This document shows, piece by piece, positions 7,487-16,141 of a stretch of 64,000 nucleotides of DNA (positions are counted from its first letter, which is position 1; every line of letters begins with the position of its first letter). The notes beneath the pieces are model-generated. The model was not told the origin of the DNA and searched no databases. It saw only the letters and a list, made by a program, of their open reading frames with translations. This stretch comes from Deltaproteobacteria bacterium (lineage in GTDB: Bacteria > Myxococcota_A > UBA9160 > SZUA-336): assembly GCA_029261925.1 (NCBI GenBank), contig JAJDAJ010000070.1, positions 67,613 to 131,612 on the forward strand. Direction: 5' to 3'. The translations under genes and the position numbers were made by a program.

Positions 7487-8254
7487 TTGGCGCGTCGCCC
7501 CCTCAGCTCGAACCTGCCCTCCCCCCGGATTCCGGCCCTGCTGGCGGCCCTCGTGCTGCTCGGATGCGGCGCGCCCCTTCCCGAGGAACGCCACGGCTAC
7601 GCCGGCCAGTGGGACGGCGAGCGCACGAGCCTGAGGATCACGCTCGACGGCTTCGTCAGCTACGAGCGCCAGGCCGCGGCGGGCCGGGTCCACGTCGACG
7701 GCCCGATCCGGGGGTTCCAGGGCGACGACTTCAGCGTGGGCCTGCCCCTGATCCAGACCACGTTCCGGGTCGAGCGTCGTCCCTGGTTCGAGAAGGGACG
7801 CTGGCGCATGGTCGTGGACGGGACCGAGCTGGTCCGCAGTCCCGATACCGGCGCCCCTCGCAGCGCGGACGTGGGCGCCCCGAGCATCGAGATCCTCGAC
7901 GCAGGCGTCTTCGGGCCGCAGCGCCGTGACGGCTCGCGGGGGATCGTCGAGTCCACCACGCGCATCCCCGCGGCCGTGGGTCGCAGCTTCGGCGTCTGGT
8001 TCGCGTATCACGATCCCGACGACGCGACCCGCGTGCTCACCTTCCGCTGGGACATCCCGCCGATCCGCGATCCGCGCGCCGGCCGGGTCCAGCGGGAGCT
8101 CGTCGTGCACTCGGCCGTCGAGCCGCGCGGCACGCACTGGGTCTCCGCCGACTTCGAGACGCGCCACGACCTCGTGGGCGGCCGCTGGACGCTCAGCGTG
8201 CTCGACGGGGAGCGCCTGATCACCCGCAAGGCCTTCCAGGTCCACGTGCCCTGA
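7487..8254 (+). CDS. Hypothetical lipoprotein
   Basis: TTG 7487 with GGGAGG at 7477-7482. Lipobox LVLLGC. 255 aa, no catalytic motif recognised. Confidence 0.65.
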   Translation: MARRPLSSNLPSPRIPALLAALVLLGCGAPLPEERHGYAGQWDGERTSLRITLDGFVSYERQAAAGRVHVDGPIRGFQGDDFSVGLPLIQTTFRVERRPWFEKGRWRMVVDGTELVRSPDTGAPRSADVGAPSIEILDAGVFGPQRRDGSRGIVESTTRIPAAVGRSFGVWFAYHDPDDATRVLTFRWDIPPIRDPRAGRVQRELVVHSAVEPRGTHWVSADFETRHDLVGGRWTLSVLDGERLITRKAFQVHVP

Positions 8255-8296
8255 GCCCCGGCGCGGCCCATCGCGCTCTGACGGATCGATCCGGGC

Positions 8297-8324
8297 CCGG
8301 GCGCGCCCCCGGCCCCGCGCCCGG
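8297..8324 (+). terminator. GC-rich hairpin between lipoprotein gene and mmsA
   Basis: CCGGGCGCG (8297-8305), a 10-nt loop, then CGCGCCCGG (8316-8324). No T-tract. Confidence 0.3.
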
Positions 8325-8401
8325 CCGGGCCATGCCGGCCACGGGTCGTGCCGGGCCCCGACTACCGCAAGCGCCGCGGAGGGTCTAAGGTCCCCCCGCC
8401 C

Positions 8402-9886
8402 ATGAAGACGATCGGTCACTGGATGGATGGCAAGGCCGTCCCGGGCGCCTCCGGGCGCACCGGCGGCGTTTACGATCCCGCGCGCGGCGTCGAGGCGGCG
8501 CGCGTCGCGCTGGCCTCGAGCGCCGAGGTCGACACCGCGGTACGCGGCGCGGCGGAGGCGGCCCGCGCGTGGGCCGCCACACCCCTGGGGGCGCGCGCGG
8601 CGGCGATGTTCCGGCTGCGCGAGCTGGTGGACGCGAGTCGCGAGCGGCTGGCCGCCGCGGTCACCGCGGAGCACGGCAAGGTCCTCTCGGACGCCGCGGG
8701 CGAGGTCGACCGCGGCCTCGAGAACATCGAGTTCGCCTGCGGGATCCCCAACCTGCTCCGCGGCGCGCACTCCACCCAGGTCTCGAACGGGATCGACGTG
8801 CACACCGTGCGCACGCCGCTGGGCGTGGTCGCGGGCATCACGCCCTTCAACTTCCCGGTGATGGTTCCGCTGTGGATGCTGTCCGGCGCCCTGGCCTGCG
8901 GCAACGCGTTCGTGCTCAAGCCGTCCGAGAAGGATCCCTCGGCATCACTGATCCTGGCGGAGCTGGTGCAGGAGGCCGGCTTCCCGGACGGGCTGCTCCA
9001 GGTGGTGCAGGGAGACGCCGAGGCCGTCGATGCCCTGCTCGAGCACCCCGGGGTCGCCGCGATCTCGTTCGTGGGCAGCACCCCGGTGGCGCGCCACGTG
9101 TACGAGACCGGCACGCGCCACGGCAAGCGCGTGCAGGCGCTGGGCGGCGCCAAGAACCACATGGTGGTGCTGCCCGACGCCGACGTGAACGCCGCGGCCG
9201 ACGCCGCGATCTCGGCGGCCTACGGCTCCGCGGGCGAGCGCTGCATGGCGATCTCCGTGGTGGTGGCCGTCGGCGCCGTCGCCGACCCGCTCGTCGCGGC
9301 CATCGCGGAGCGGATCCCCTCGATCGAGATCGGCCCCGGCGCGGACCCGGATTCGGCCATGGGCCCGCTGATCACCGCGCAGCATCGCGATCGCGTGCGC
9401 TCCTACGTGGACGGGGCCGAGGCAGAGGGCGCACGCCTGGTGGTGGACGGCCGCGACCAGGGACCCGGCACGGGCTTCTTCCTGGGCTGCACGCTGCTCG
9501 ACGAGGTGCGACCCGGCATGAAGGTCTACGACGACGAGATCTTCGGCCCCGTGCTCGGCGTGACCCGCGTGGGCAGCTTCGACGACGCGCTCGCGCTCGT
9601 GAACTCCAGTCCCTACGGCAACGGCGTGGCGCTGTTCACGCGCGACGGCGGCGTGGCCCGGCGCTTCGAGCTGGAGGTCGAGGTGGGCATGGTCGGCATC
9701 AACGTGCCGATCCCGGTACCCGTCGGCTACCACTCCTTCGGGGGCTGGAAGGACTCGATCTTCGGCGACAGCGCCATGTACGGGCCCGAGGGCGTGCGCT
9801 TCTACACGCGACCGAAGGTGGTCACGACGCGCTGGCCGGACCCGTCGACCAGCGCGATCGACCTGGGCTTCCCGACCAGCCGCTGA
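8402..9886 (+). CDS. mmsA: Methylmalonate-semialdehyde dehydrogenase (CoA-acylating), ALDH family
   Basis: ATG 8402 (MKTIGHWMDGK). ALDH motifs FNFPVMVPLWM, VLKPSEKDP, FVGSTPVARHVY, AGERCMA (catalytic Cys) and NVPIPVPVGYHSFGGWKDS, which is typical of MmsA. Confidence 0.9.
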   Translation: MKTIGHWMDGKAVPGASGRTGGVYDPARGVEAARVALASSAEVDTAVRGAAEAARAWAATPLGARAAAMFRLRELVDASRERLAAAVTAEHGKVLSDAAGEVDRGLENIEFACGIPNLLRGAHSTQVSNGIDVHTVRTPLGVVAGITPFNFPVMVPLWMLSGALACGNAFVLKPSEKDPSASLILAELVQEAGFPDGLLQVVQGDAEAVDALLEHPGVAAISFVGSTPVARHVYETGTRHGKRVQALGGAKNHMVVLPDADVNAAADAAISAAYGSAGERCMAISVVVAVGAVADPLVAAIAERIPSIEIGPGADPDSAMGPLITAQHRDRVRSYVDGAEAEGARLVVDGRDQGPGTGFFLGCTLLDEVRPGMKVYDDEIFGPVLGVTRVGSFDDALALVNSSPYGNGVALFTRDGGVARRFELEVEVGMVGINVPIPVPVGYHSFGGWKDSIFGDSAMYGPEGVRFYTRPKVVTTRWPDPSTSAIDLGFPTSR

Positions 9887-9892
9887 TCCGCC

Positions 9893-10756
9893 TCAGAGCT
9901 TGACCTCGGCGTCGGCCCACTCGATCAGCTGCGGCACCAGCAGGGGCCAGCGCTCGAACAGGCTCCCGCCCTGCGCCGCCGAGATCCCGCGCTCGATCCA
10001 CTCGCGGTCGCCCCAGGGCGGCTCGACCAGCTTCGCGGTCGGCAGCAGCTCGGCGAGGCGCTCGGTGGTCTCGCGCGTGTGGTGCACGTCGCTCGCACCG
10101 CTGCGGAAGACCAGCGCGGGGACGGCCAGCCCGCGTGCCTGGGCGTCGGGCAGGCCGGGGATCAGCTCGTCCTCCGGCGGCACGTAGGCCAGCATCCACT
10201 TCTCGAGCTTCGCGATGAACTCGCGGCGATCCTGCTTGAGGATCCGGTCGCGGTTGCCCGGGTTGCGCTCGATGACCTCCTGCCACTCCGGCAGGTCCGC
10301 CACCGCCTCCATCCCGTCCTGCCAGGCCGCCTGGATCGAGCCGCCGCAGTAGTGCACGCCCAGGCTCATCAGACCGAAGGGTCCGCCGCTCATCCACCAC
10401 ATGGCCACGCCCGCCGCCACGTCGGGGTGGCGCACCGTCGTCAGCAGGGAGCAGCGCGAGCCGCCCGACCCGCCCACGATGACCGCCGGCGCCATGCCGA
10501 GCTGGCGCAGCAGGCCCGCGAGCGCGTCGGCCTGCATGGCCGATTCGGACGGCCCGGTGAAGCACACGTCCGAGGCCCCGCAGTTCGGGCGGTCGTAGAT
10601 CAGCACCTTCTTGCCGTGCGCCGCGAGCGCGCTGGCCATCTCGCGGATGCCGCCGTAGTCCTTGCTGAAGCGCCCTCCGGGCGTGATCACCCAGGGCTGC
10701 CCCTCGCCGATGACCTCGTAGGCGAGCGAGAGACCGTCCACATCGGCAACTGGCAT
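9893..10756 (-). CDS. Alpha/beta hydrolase
   Basis: 287-aa ORF with nucleophile elbow VGGSGGS. Overall length and pattern match alpha/beta-fold hydrolases. Confidence 0.85.
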   Translation of the reverse strand: MPVADVDGLSLAYEVIGEGQPWVITPGGRFSKDYGGIREMASALAAHGKKVLIYDRPNCGASDVCFTGPSESAMQADALAGLLRQLGMAPAVIVGGSGGSRCSLLTTVRHPDVAAGVAMWWMSGGPFGLMSLGVHYCGGSIQAAWQDGMEAVADLPEWQEVIERNPGNRDRILKQDRREFIAKLEKWMLAYVPPEDELIPGLPDAQARGLAVPALVFRSGASDVHHTRETTERLAELLPTAKLVEPPWGDREWIERGISAAQGGSLFERWPLLVPQLIEWADAEVKL

Positions 10757-10903
10757 GCTGGTTCCCCTGTTCCATCGTGGCCAGCGAGCGTCCCGGCGGC
10801 CGCCCTGGCCCCGGGAGCACGCGACATCCGGTGGCGGTACTATAAGCCATCGGGCCTTTCTGGGCGGCGCGCCGCGCCGCCGGGCCTCTCGAGGGAGCCG
10901 GGA

Positions 10904-12082
10904 ATGTCGGATCTAGCGCCGGGCGTACGTGTCATCGACTGCGACAGCCACTTCACAGAGTCACCCGATCTCTGGACGAGCCGCGCGCCCGCCGCCTACA
11001 AGGACAAGGTCCCACGGGTGGAGAAGATCGACGGACGGCCGACCTGGATCGTCGAGGAGAAGACCGAGCTGGGCTTCGCCGGCGGCGGCAGCGTCATCGA
11101 CCGCGACGGCAAGAAGTTCCCGTTCGCCGAGTCGATGACCGAGTGGGACATCGATCGCTCGCACGTGGCGGCCCACGACTGGAGGGCCCGGCTCGAGGTG
11201 CTGGACGACTCCGGCATCTGGGCGCAGGTGCTCTTCCCGAACTCGTTCGGCCTGGGTGGTCAGGACCTGATCGGTGTCGAGGATCCCAAGCTGCGCGACC
11301 TGTGCATCGAGATCTACAACGACGCGGCGGCCGAGCTGCAGGACGCCTCGGGTATCCGCTTCCTTCCGATGCCCGTGATGCCGGCCTGGGACATCGACGC
11401 CTGCGTGCGCGAGGCCGAGCGCGTCGCGGGCCTCGGCCTGCGCGGCATCAACATGACCTGCGACCCCCAGGACCTGGGCGCGCCGGATCTCGCGAACCGC
11501 GCCTGGGACCCGCTCTGGGACGTCTGCGAGGATCTGCACCTGCCGGTGCACTTCCACATCGGCGCCAGCATCACCACCATGAACTTCTACGGCGAGTACT
11601 TCTGGGAGTCCCAGCACGAGTACGTCAAGCCGGCGATCGGCGGCTCCATGCTCTTCCTGAACAACGCGCGCGTGGTCATCAACACGATCCTGAGCGGAAT
11701 GTTCGACCGGCACCCGAAGCTGAAGATGGTCTCGGTCGAGAGCGGCGTGGGCTGGGTGCCCTTCATCCTCGAGACCACCGACTACGAGGTGGCCGAGAAC
11801 GCGCCCGAGCAGCTCAAGGACCTGAACCGCATGCCCTCGGAGTACTTCAAGGACCACTGGTACGCGACCTACTGGTTCGAGAAGAGCCAGGGCAACCTGC
11901 AGGCGCTGATCGACGCGGTGGGCGACGAGTGCGTGCTCTTCGAGACCGACTTCCCGCACCCGACGTGCCTGTATCCGAAGCCGCTCGACGAGATCAGGGA
12001 TCACGTCTCGAAGCTGCGTCCCGAGACGCGCCGCCGCCTGCTGGGCGAGAACGCGCAGAAGCTGTACCGGCTCGAGTTCTAG
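10904..12082 (+). CDS. Amidohydrolase family 2 (ACMSD-like metal-dependent hydrolase/decarboxylase), paralog A
   Basis: ATG 10904 in the frame of ORF 10079..12082. VIDCDSHFTE, LHLPVHFHIGAS and LFETDFPHPTC motifs. Strongly similar to CDS 36761..37930. Confidence 0.9.
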   Translation: MSDLAPGVRVIDCDSHFTESPDLWTSRAPAAYKDKVPRVEKIDGRPTWIVEEKTELGFAGGGSVIDRDGKKFPFAESMTEWDIDRSHVAAHDWRARLEVLDDSGIWAQVLFPNSFGLGGQDLIGVEDPKLRDLCIEIYNDAAAELQDASGIRFLPMPVMPAWDIDACVREAERVAGLGLRGINMTCDPQDLGAPDLANRAWDPLWDVCEDLHLPVHFHIGASITTMNFYGEYFWESQHEYVKPAIGGSMLFLNNARVVINTILSGMFDRHPKLKMVSVESGVGWVPFILETTDYEVAENAPEQLKDLNRMPSEYFKDHWYATYWFEKSQGNLQALIDAVGDECVLFETDFPHPTCLYPKPLDEIRDHVSKLRPETRRRLLGENAQKLYRLEF

Positions 12083-12096
12083 GCGGCGGACCGGCC

Positions 12097-14694
12097 TCAG
12101 TAGCGATAGCGCAGGCGAACGCCGTAGAAGCGGGGCTCCGAGTACCACGCGAGCGGCGGCGAGCCGAACGTCCTGGGGCCGATCAGGATGTTCTGCTTGA
12201 TCGCGTCGTCCTCGACGTTGTTCACGAAGACCTCCGCCTCCCAGCGCTCCTCGGGGCTCGTGTAGAGCAGCTTGAGATTCGTGGTGTGGAAGTCGTCCTG
12301 CAGGTCGAAGCTCCGGTTGAAGATCCGGAAGTAGGTCTCGTCCTGCCAGGCGTACTGGACCCGCGGCGTGAGCGTTCCCCAGGCGCCCAGCGGGATGTCG
12401 TACTCGACGCTCACGTTGAGCTTCCAGCGCGGCGCCCTCGACAGCTCCCGTCCGCCGAAGTCGTCGAGACCGTCGCGATCGCCCAGGGCTCCGCAGGGCA
12501 CCTGGTTCGCGAAGTCGTCGGGGCCCGCGGGACAGTTGCGATCCTCCTGGAAGGACAGTCCGCGCCGCTCTGCGATCGTGCGCTGCAGGAGCCGCTCCGC
12601 CTCGAAGTCGTCGCCCAGCGACGCCGGATCCAGGGAGAAGTAGTCGCGCGTCTCCGTGTCGATGAACGAGATCAGCCCCTGGACCCGTAGCCCCGGGAGC
12701 GGGAACGCGCGCACCTCGAGATCCCAGCCGTACATTCGCGCATCGGTGTTCTCGGTGCGGATGCGCGTGCCGTCGATCAGGGCGAGCTGCATCGAGTCAT
12801 AGGCGTAGAAGAACCCCTCCAGGTTCAGCTGCAGGCTGCTGCCGAGGAACTCGCTCTTCGAGCCCAGCGTGTACGCCCAGATCTTCTCCGGCTCGTACGT
12901 TCCCACGCCCCCCGTCCCGAATCCCCCGGACTTGTAGCCCCGGTCGATGCCCGCGTAGAGCAGCTGATCGTCGGTCGGGCGCCACTCCAGGCGCGCACCC
13001 CACATGGTGCCGCGCTGCGTCAGCGAGCAGTCGGGCAGCGGCGGATCGACCCCGGACACGACCTGCCGGAACTCGAGTCCGTCGTTCCGGGACTCGCACG
13101 CCTCGTAGGTGGACTCGTTGCGCGCGGACAGGAAGCTGCGCTTGCGGTCCTTGATCCAGCGCCCGCCCAGGCCGAACGTCACCCTCTCGGCGAGCTGGTA
13201 CTCCGCGTGGAGCGCCGCGCCGTAGCTCTTGTTCTCGACCTCCTGCAGGATCACGAGCCGGTCGACGTTCGCGTTGCGGATCTGCGGGGAGGTGATCAGG
13301 CCCTCGCCCCGCTGCCGCATGAAGAACAGGCTGGACTGCCAGGTGAGGCGCTCGCCCGTCACGCCGCTCCACTGCACCTCGCCGGAGTACTCGTCGAAGC
13401 GGGAGTCCGAGAACAGGTTGAAGAACTCGCTGTCGACGCTGTCGAAATCCCAGTCGAAGCGATTCTCCGTGCGCTGGTAGCCGCCCAGGAGCTTCAGGCT
13501 GCTGGTGCCGAGCAGCGGCAGGTCCGGAAGCTCCCAGTCCGCACGACCCGTCAGGCCCCAGTAGCGGTCGTCCTGGGCCGCGAGCATGTCTGCGTGGGTG
13601 CGGCGCGGGTCCAGGTCCTCCGTGGCGGGCGCGTGGCGGAACGGCTCGAACGTGCCGGTCGTGAAGTCGAAGCCGCCCTCGACCCGGCAGGCGGCAGCGA
13701 TCGGCATGAACGAGGTGAAGTCCGGGGAGATCAGCCCGCCCGGGGGCGCGCTGGCCAGATCGCAGGGGTCGGAGTTGAACACCGGAACCACGTCCGCCTG
13801 CGGTCCGTTGCCCGTCTCCTTGTAGTAGTTGTAGCCCAGCACCACGTCGAGGGCGTCGGTGGGCTGCAGGCGGATCTTGGCCCGCAGACCGAAGTTGTCG
13901 GCGTCGAACGGATCGCGGCTGTCGCTGACGCTCACGTTGTCGAGAAAACCGTCGCGATCCTCGTGGAAGACTGCGAGGCGCGCCGCCATGCGCTCGCCGA
14001 GCGGCAGGTTCACCATGCCGCGGATCCGCACGCGATCGTAGTTTCCGAAGAGCACGTCGGCCTCGGCCTCGTACTCCATCGAGGGATCGTTGGTGATGAC
14101 GTGGATCGCGCCCGAGGTCGAGTTCTTCCCGCCCGTCAGCCCCTGCGGTCCGCGCCGGACCTCGATCGCCTGGACGTCGAAGAAGGCGACGCGGGCCGCC
14201 GCGGGGCGCCCGTAGTTGATGCCGTCCACGTGAAACGCCACCCCGGGCTCGCCGGTCAGGCTGGCATTCTCCGTTCCCACCGCGCGCAGCGTGACGATGG
14301 CCTGCTGGCCCTGCTGGCCCACGTGGAGGCCCGGCACGTTGAGCGAGAGCCCGTCCACGTTCCCGATGCTCATCCGGTCGAGGTCACCGGCGGCGAATGC
14401 GGTGATCGCCTGCGCCTCGTCCTGGACGTCGGTCACGTCGATGCGCTCTCCGGTGACCGAGATCGCCTCGATGCCGACGGGCGTGGGGACCGCCTCCTCG
14501 CCCGCTGCAGCCTCCGCCGCAGCGGGCGCCGCGGGAGGATCCTCCTGCGCGAGGGCCGGTCCGGCTGCGGGCAGCCGTAGCGCCAGCGCGAAGGCGGCCA
14601 GGAGTCGCCGCAGGGCGGCGCCCGGCGGCGACGAGCGGGGGGCGGCGCCCGCGCGCCTCCCCCCGCTCCGGAGAACGGGATCCCCTCGCCTCAC
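12097..14694 (-). CDS. TonB-dependent outer-membrane receptor
   Basis: 865-aa ORF, GTG start. Signal peptide RRLLAAFALALRLPAAGPALA. Plug motifs ISVTGER, IEVRRGPQGLTGGKNSTSGAIHV. C-terminal beta-barrel ends in YGVRLRYRY. Starts 3 nt after the stop of the upstream gene. Confidence 0.9.
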   Translation of the reverse strand: MRRGDPVLRSGGRRAGAAPRSSPPGAALRRLLAAFALALRLPAAGPALAQEDPPAAPAAAEAAAGEEAVPTPVGIEAISVTGERIDVTDVQDEAQAITAFAAGDLDRMSIGNVDGLSLNVPGLHVGQQGQQAIVTLRAVGTENASLTGEPGVAFHVDGINYGRPAAARVAFFDVQAIEVRRGPQGLTGGKNSTSGAIHVITNDPSMEYEAEADVLFGNYDRVRIRGMVNLPLGERMAARLAVFHEDRDGFLDNVSVSDSRDPFDADNFGLRAKIRLQPTDALDVVLGYNYYKETGNGPQADVVPVFNSDPCDLASAPPGGLISPDFTSFMPIAAACRVEGGFDFTTGTFEPFRHAPATEDLDPRRTHADMLAAQDDRYWGLTGRADWELPDLPLLGTSSLKLLGGYQRTENRFDWDFDSVDSEFFNLFSDSRFDEYSGEVQWSGVTGERLTWQSSLFFMRQRGEGLITSPQIRNANVDRLVILQEVENKSYGAALHAEYQLAERVTFGLGGRWIKDRKRSFLSARNESTYEACESRNDGLEFRQVVSGVDPPLPDCSLTQRGTMWGARLEWRPTDDQLLYAGIDRGYKSGGFGTGGVGTYEPEKIWAYTLGSKSEFLGSSLQLNLEGFFYAYDSMQLALIDGTRIRTENTDARMYGWDLEVRAFPLPGLRVQGLISFIDTETRDYFSLDPASLGDDFEAERLLQRTIAERRGLSFQEDRNCPAGPDDFANQVPCGALGDRDGLDDFGGRELSRAPRWKLNVSVEYDIPLGAWGTLTPRVQYAWQDETYFRIFNRSFDLQDDFHTTNLKLLYTSPEERWEAEVFVNNVEDDAIKQNILIGPRTFGSPPLAWYSEPRFYGVRLRYRY

Positions 14695-14697
14695 TGC

Positions 14698-15053
14698 TTA
14701 CTGGCCGGCCACCGGGGAGCGGCCGCAGGTCGTGGTGAGGCCGCCGGCGCTGAAGATGTCCGCGTTCACGGCGAGCAGGTCGAGGATGTCGGCCACGTCG
14801 TCGAAGTTCGCGTCGGCCAGCGGCGCGGAGAGGCGGATGTTGCCCTCGGCGGTCGTGCCCGCCCCCGGGTCGACGAAGACGAACGAGTTGATCAGCAGGA
14901 TGTCGCCGATGTTGACCAGCCCGTCGCGCGTGGCGTCCCCGCACTCGCACTCGTTGCCGCGTCCGTTCCCGTTCGTGTCGGAGAGCTGGTCGATCTCCGA
15001 GTAAGAGGGACAGAGATCCACGCCGTCCGCCACGCCGTCACAGTCGAGATCCG
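14698..15053 (-). other. TSP3 + dockerin-like C-terminal module (domain, copy 3, divergent)
   Basis: See CDS 14698..16077. The second half lacks the LCD..C Cys pair, and the C-terminus is TTTCGRSPVAGQ rather than CARxPAP. Confidence 0.6.
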
Positions 15054-16077
15054 GACGGAAGTGGGGGCCGTAGTTGCGGACCGCGCAGTCGGGCCCCGGA
15101 TCCCCGTTCACGGGGTAGACCTGGATGATGCTGCAGTTCTCCTCCGGGAAGCCGCGGAAGACGAACGGCGCCGTGTTGCAGATCGTCGTGTTCGGGGATC
15201 CGTCCGCCAGCACGTCATTGGGCTGGAAGCGCCAGCCGCGCTCGCGCAGGTCGCAGCCCCCCAGTGCATCGCACTGGCTGCCGGTCGAGGTGCAGGGCAC
15301 GGTGCGGTCGTCCAGGCACACGCCGTGCAGCTGGCCCGGGACCTCGAAGTCCTCGTCCATGGCGAACGGGGTGCCCGGGCCGCCCTCGAAGATCCAGGGC
15401 GCCATGTTCGCCTGGTCGAAGGCGAGCGAGGGCGCGTCGGTGATCACCGGGTACTTGCTCAGGCTCCCGGCGGCGCAGAGGGCTCCGTCGATCAGATCGT
15501 TGCAGCAGATCAGGCTGCGGTTGGCGTCCCCGGTGCCGTTGTTGATCAGCGTCCAGCGGATCTCGGTGCTGCCGGGCGGGTCGCTGCGCGCGAAGCGAAG
15601 GCCCGTGCCCGCCAGGTCGCCGTTGACCGCGGCCGAGATCCAGATCGGCCCGGCCTGGGTCGGCGTCACCGACTGGAAGCCGTTGGCGTAGACGTGGTCG
15701 ATGCCCTGGGTGCCCACGTCCACCGCCATCTCGACCGGGCAGCCCTCCGTGAGCGTGGGCACGCAGTCGTCCTGCTCGCGGATGAAGAAGGCCCCGAAGA
15801 GCGGCGCGAAGGCGCGCTCGGAGCCGCAGTCGGGACCGCCGAGACCGGTGCTCCGGATGTACAGGTAGCTGCCATCGAAGTCCTCGTGATCCCAGGCGAA
15901 CGGGTCGGCGGGAGCCGGCTCGCGGCCATAGGAGTTCGGGGCGCTCAGCCCGTACTTCGTCACCGTGCAGCCGCCCGAGCAGTCGATGGCGATCTGTGCG
16001 TCGGCGCCCGGCGCGTACATCCACCCCGCGATGGCGAGCGCCCCGACGATGCTCCAGCTTCTTGCGTTCTGTCTCAT
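14698..16077 (-). CDS. Secreted Cys-rich protein with TSP3/dockerin-like C-terminal module
   Basis: ATG at 16075-16077 with GGAGGG upstream. Signal peptide MRQNARSWSIVGALAIAGWMYAPGADA. Many Cys in the N-terminal ~340 aa. C-terminal DLDCDGVADGVDLCP..DTNGNGRGNECECGDATRDGLVNIGDILLINSFVF...DANFDDVADILDLLAVNADIF (divergent copy). Confidence 0.8.
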   Translation of the reverse strand: MRQNARSWSIVGALAIAGWMYAPGADAQIAIDCSGGCTVTKYGLSAPNSYGREPAPADPFAWDHEDFDGSYLYIRSTGLGGPDCGSERAFAPLFGAFFIREQDDCVPTLTEGCPVEMAVDVGTQGIDHVYANGFQSVTPTQAGPIWISAAVNGDLAGTGLRFARSDPPGSTEIRWTLINNGTGDANRSLICCNDLIDGALCAAGSLSKYPVITDAPSLAFDQANMAPWIFEGGPGTPFAMDEDFEVPGQLHGVCLDDRTVPCTSTGSQCDALGGCDLRERGWRFQPNDVLADGSPNTTICNTAPFVFRGFPEENCSIIQVYPVNGDPGPDCAVRNYGPHFRPDLDCDGVADGVDLCPSYSEIDQLSDTNGNGRGNECECGDATRDGLVNIGDILLINSFVFVDPGAGTTAEGNIRLSAPLADANFDDVADILDLLAVNADIFSAGGLTTTCGRSPVAGQ

Positions 16078-16141
16078 CTTTCCCTCCTCGAGCAAGCCGT
16101 GGTCACGCGCTTGCGCTGTGATCGAATCGAATCGCGCGCGG

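Noticed and set aside
7187-8803. 538-aa minus-strand ORF
   Set aside because: It is antisense to the lipoprotein gene and the 5' part of mmsA, with no motifs and biased composition.
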